From Massilicoli timonensis (lineage in GTDB: Bacteria; Bacillota_I; Bacilli_A; Erysipelotrichales; Erysipelotrichaceae), in NCBI RefSeq assembly GCF_900199515.1, contig NZ_LT963434.1, positions 1,952,180 through 1,984,179 on the forward strand: DNA of 32,000 nt, in the 5' to 3' direction. Position numbers and translations under genes: made by a program. This document shows positions 31,966 to 32,000 of this stretch, piece by piece (position 1 is the stretch's first letter; each line of letters starts with the position of its first letter). The notes under the pieces are model-generated. The model was not told the origin of the DNA. It was given only the letters and a program-made list of their open reading frames with translations, and did not search any database.

Positions 31966-32000
31966 ATGAAAGAGAGCGTAAAAATAGAAGATTATGTCAA
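31966..32000 (+). CDS. Start of a further gene (truncated by the right window edge)
   Basis: ATG 31966 lies 7 nt after AAGGAG (31953-31958). It reads MKESVKIEDYV... Confidence 0.4.
   Translation, partial: MKESVKIEDYV

Larger units (their letters stand above)
21612..32000 (+). mobile_element. Plasmid or phage-plasmid-like replicon/maintenance module (continues past the right edge)
   Basis: 13 co-oriented, mostly overlapping genes: parA, parB, ArpU/sigma-like regulators, orphan Dcm, DnaG-type primase, replisome organizer and several orphans. Confidence 0.55.

Noticed and set aside
1-32000. CRISPR arrays, tRNA or rRNA genes, riboswitches upstream of the ECF or ABC operons
   Set aside because: I found no regularly spaced direct repeats and no cloverleaf-like or rRNA-like segments. 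The leaders (66-153 nt) are too short for known riboswitch classes.

Overview
Low-GC, Firmicutes-style DNA; I see no rRNA, tRNA or CRISPR array. The window falls into three blocks. (1) 1-19.4 kb is an accessory island. It holds five fused TMD-NBD ABC transporter genes (one cut by the left edge, two translationally coupled pairs), four TetR-family regulators and one AraC-family regulator. It also holds a class I methyltransferase, an NrdI-like flavodoxin next to an amber-interrupted DUF3793-like gene, and an ECF-type transporter (S, T, fused double ATPase) coupled to a cytoplasmic ZinT/YodA-like protein. Three XRE genes plus two small paralogous proteins sit in the middle (12.3-14.1 kb). The strongest signal is a 16-bp palindrome, GTTAG-N6-CTAAC. 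It occurs nine times, always intergenic and upstream of a start codon, and links almost every operon of this island into one putative regulon. Each TetR gene also has its own separate palindrome. (2) 19.4-21.6 kb is decayed mobile DNA: a tyrosine-recombinase C-terminal fragment butted against an opposite-strand fragment in a GC-richer patch, a membrane-anchored XRE gene and a TnpV-like remnant. (3) 21.6-32 kb, running off the right edge, is a plasmid or phage-plasmid-like replicon module. It contains parA-parB, two ArpU/sigma-like regulators, an orphan C5 DNA methyltransferase, a DnaG-type primase and a replisome-organizer-like protein. It also contains a YdcK-like beta-helix protein, a large acidic orphan protein and a tandem-repeat protein. 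A second palindrome (TGTTCAAATTTGAACA core) occurs three times. With a shared promoter cassette, it connects parA to the XRE block 8 kb away. All functional calls come from motif recognition by eye and need HMM or BLAST confirmation.
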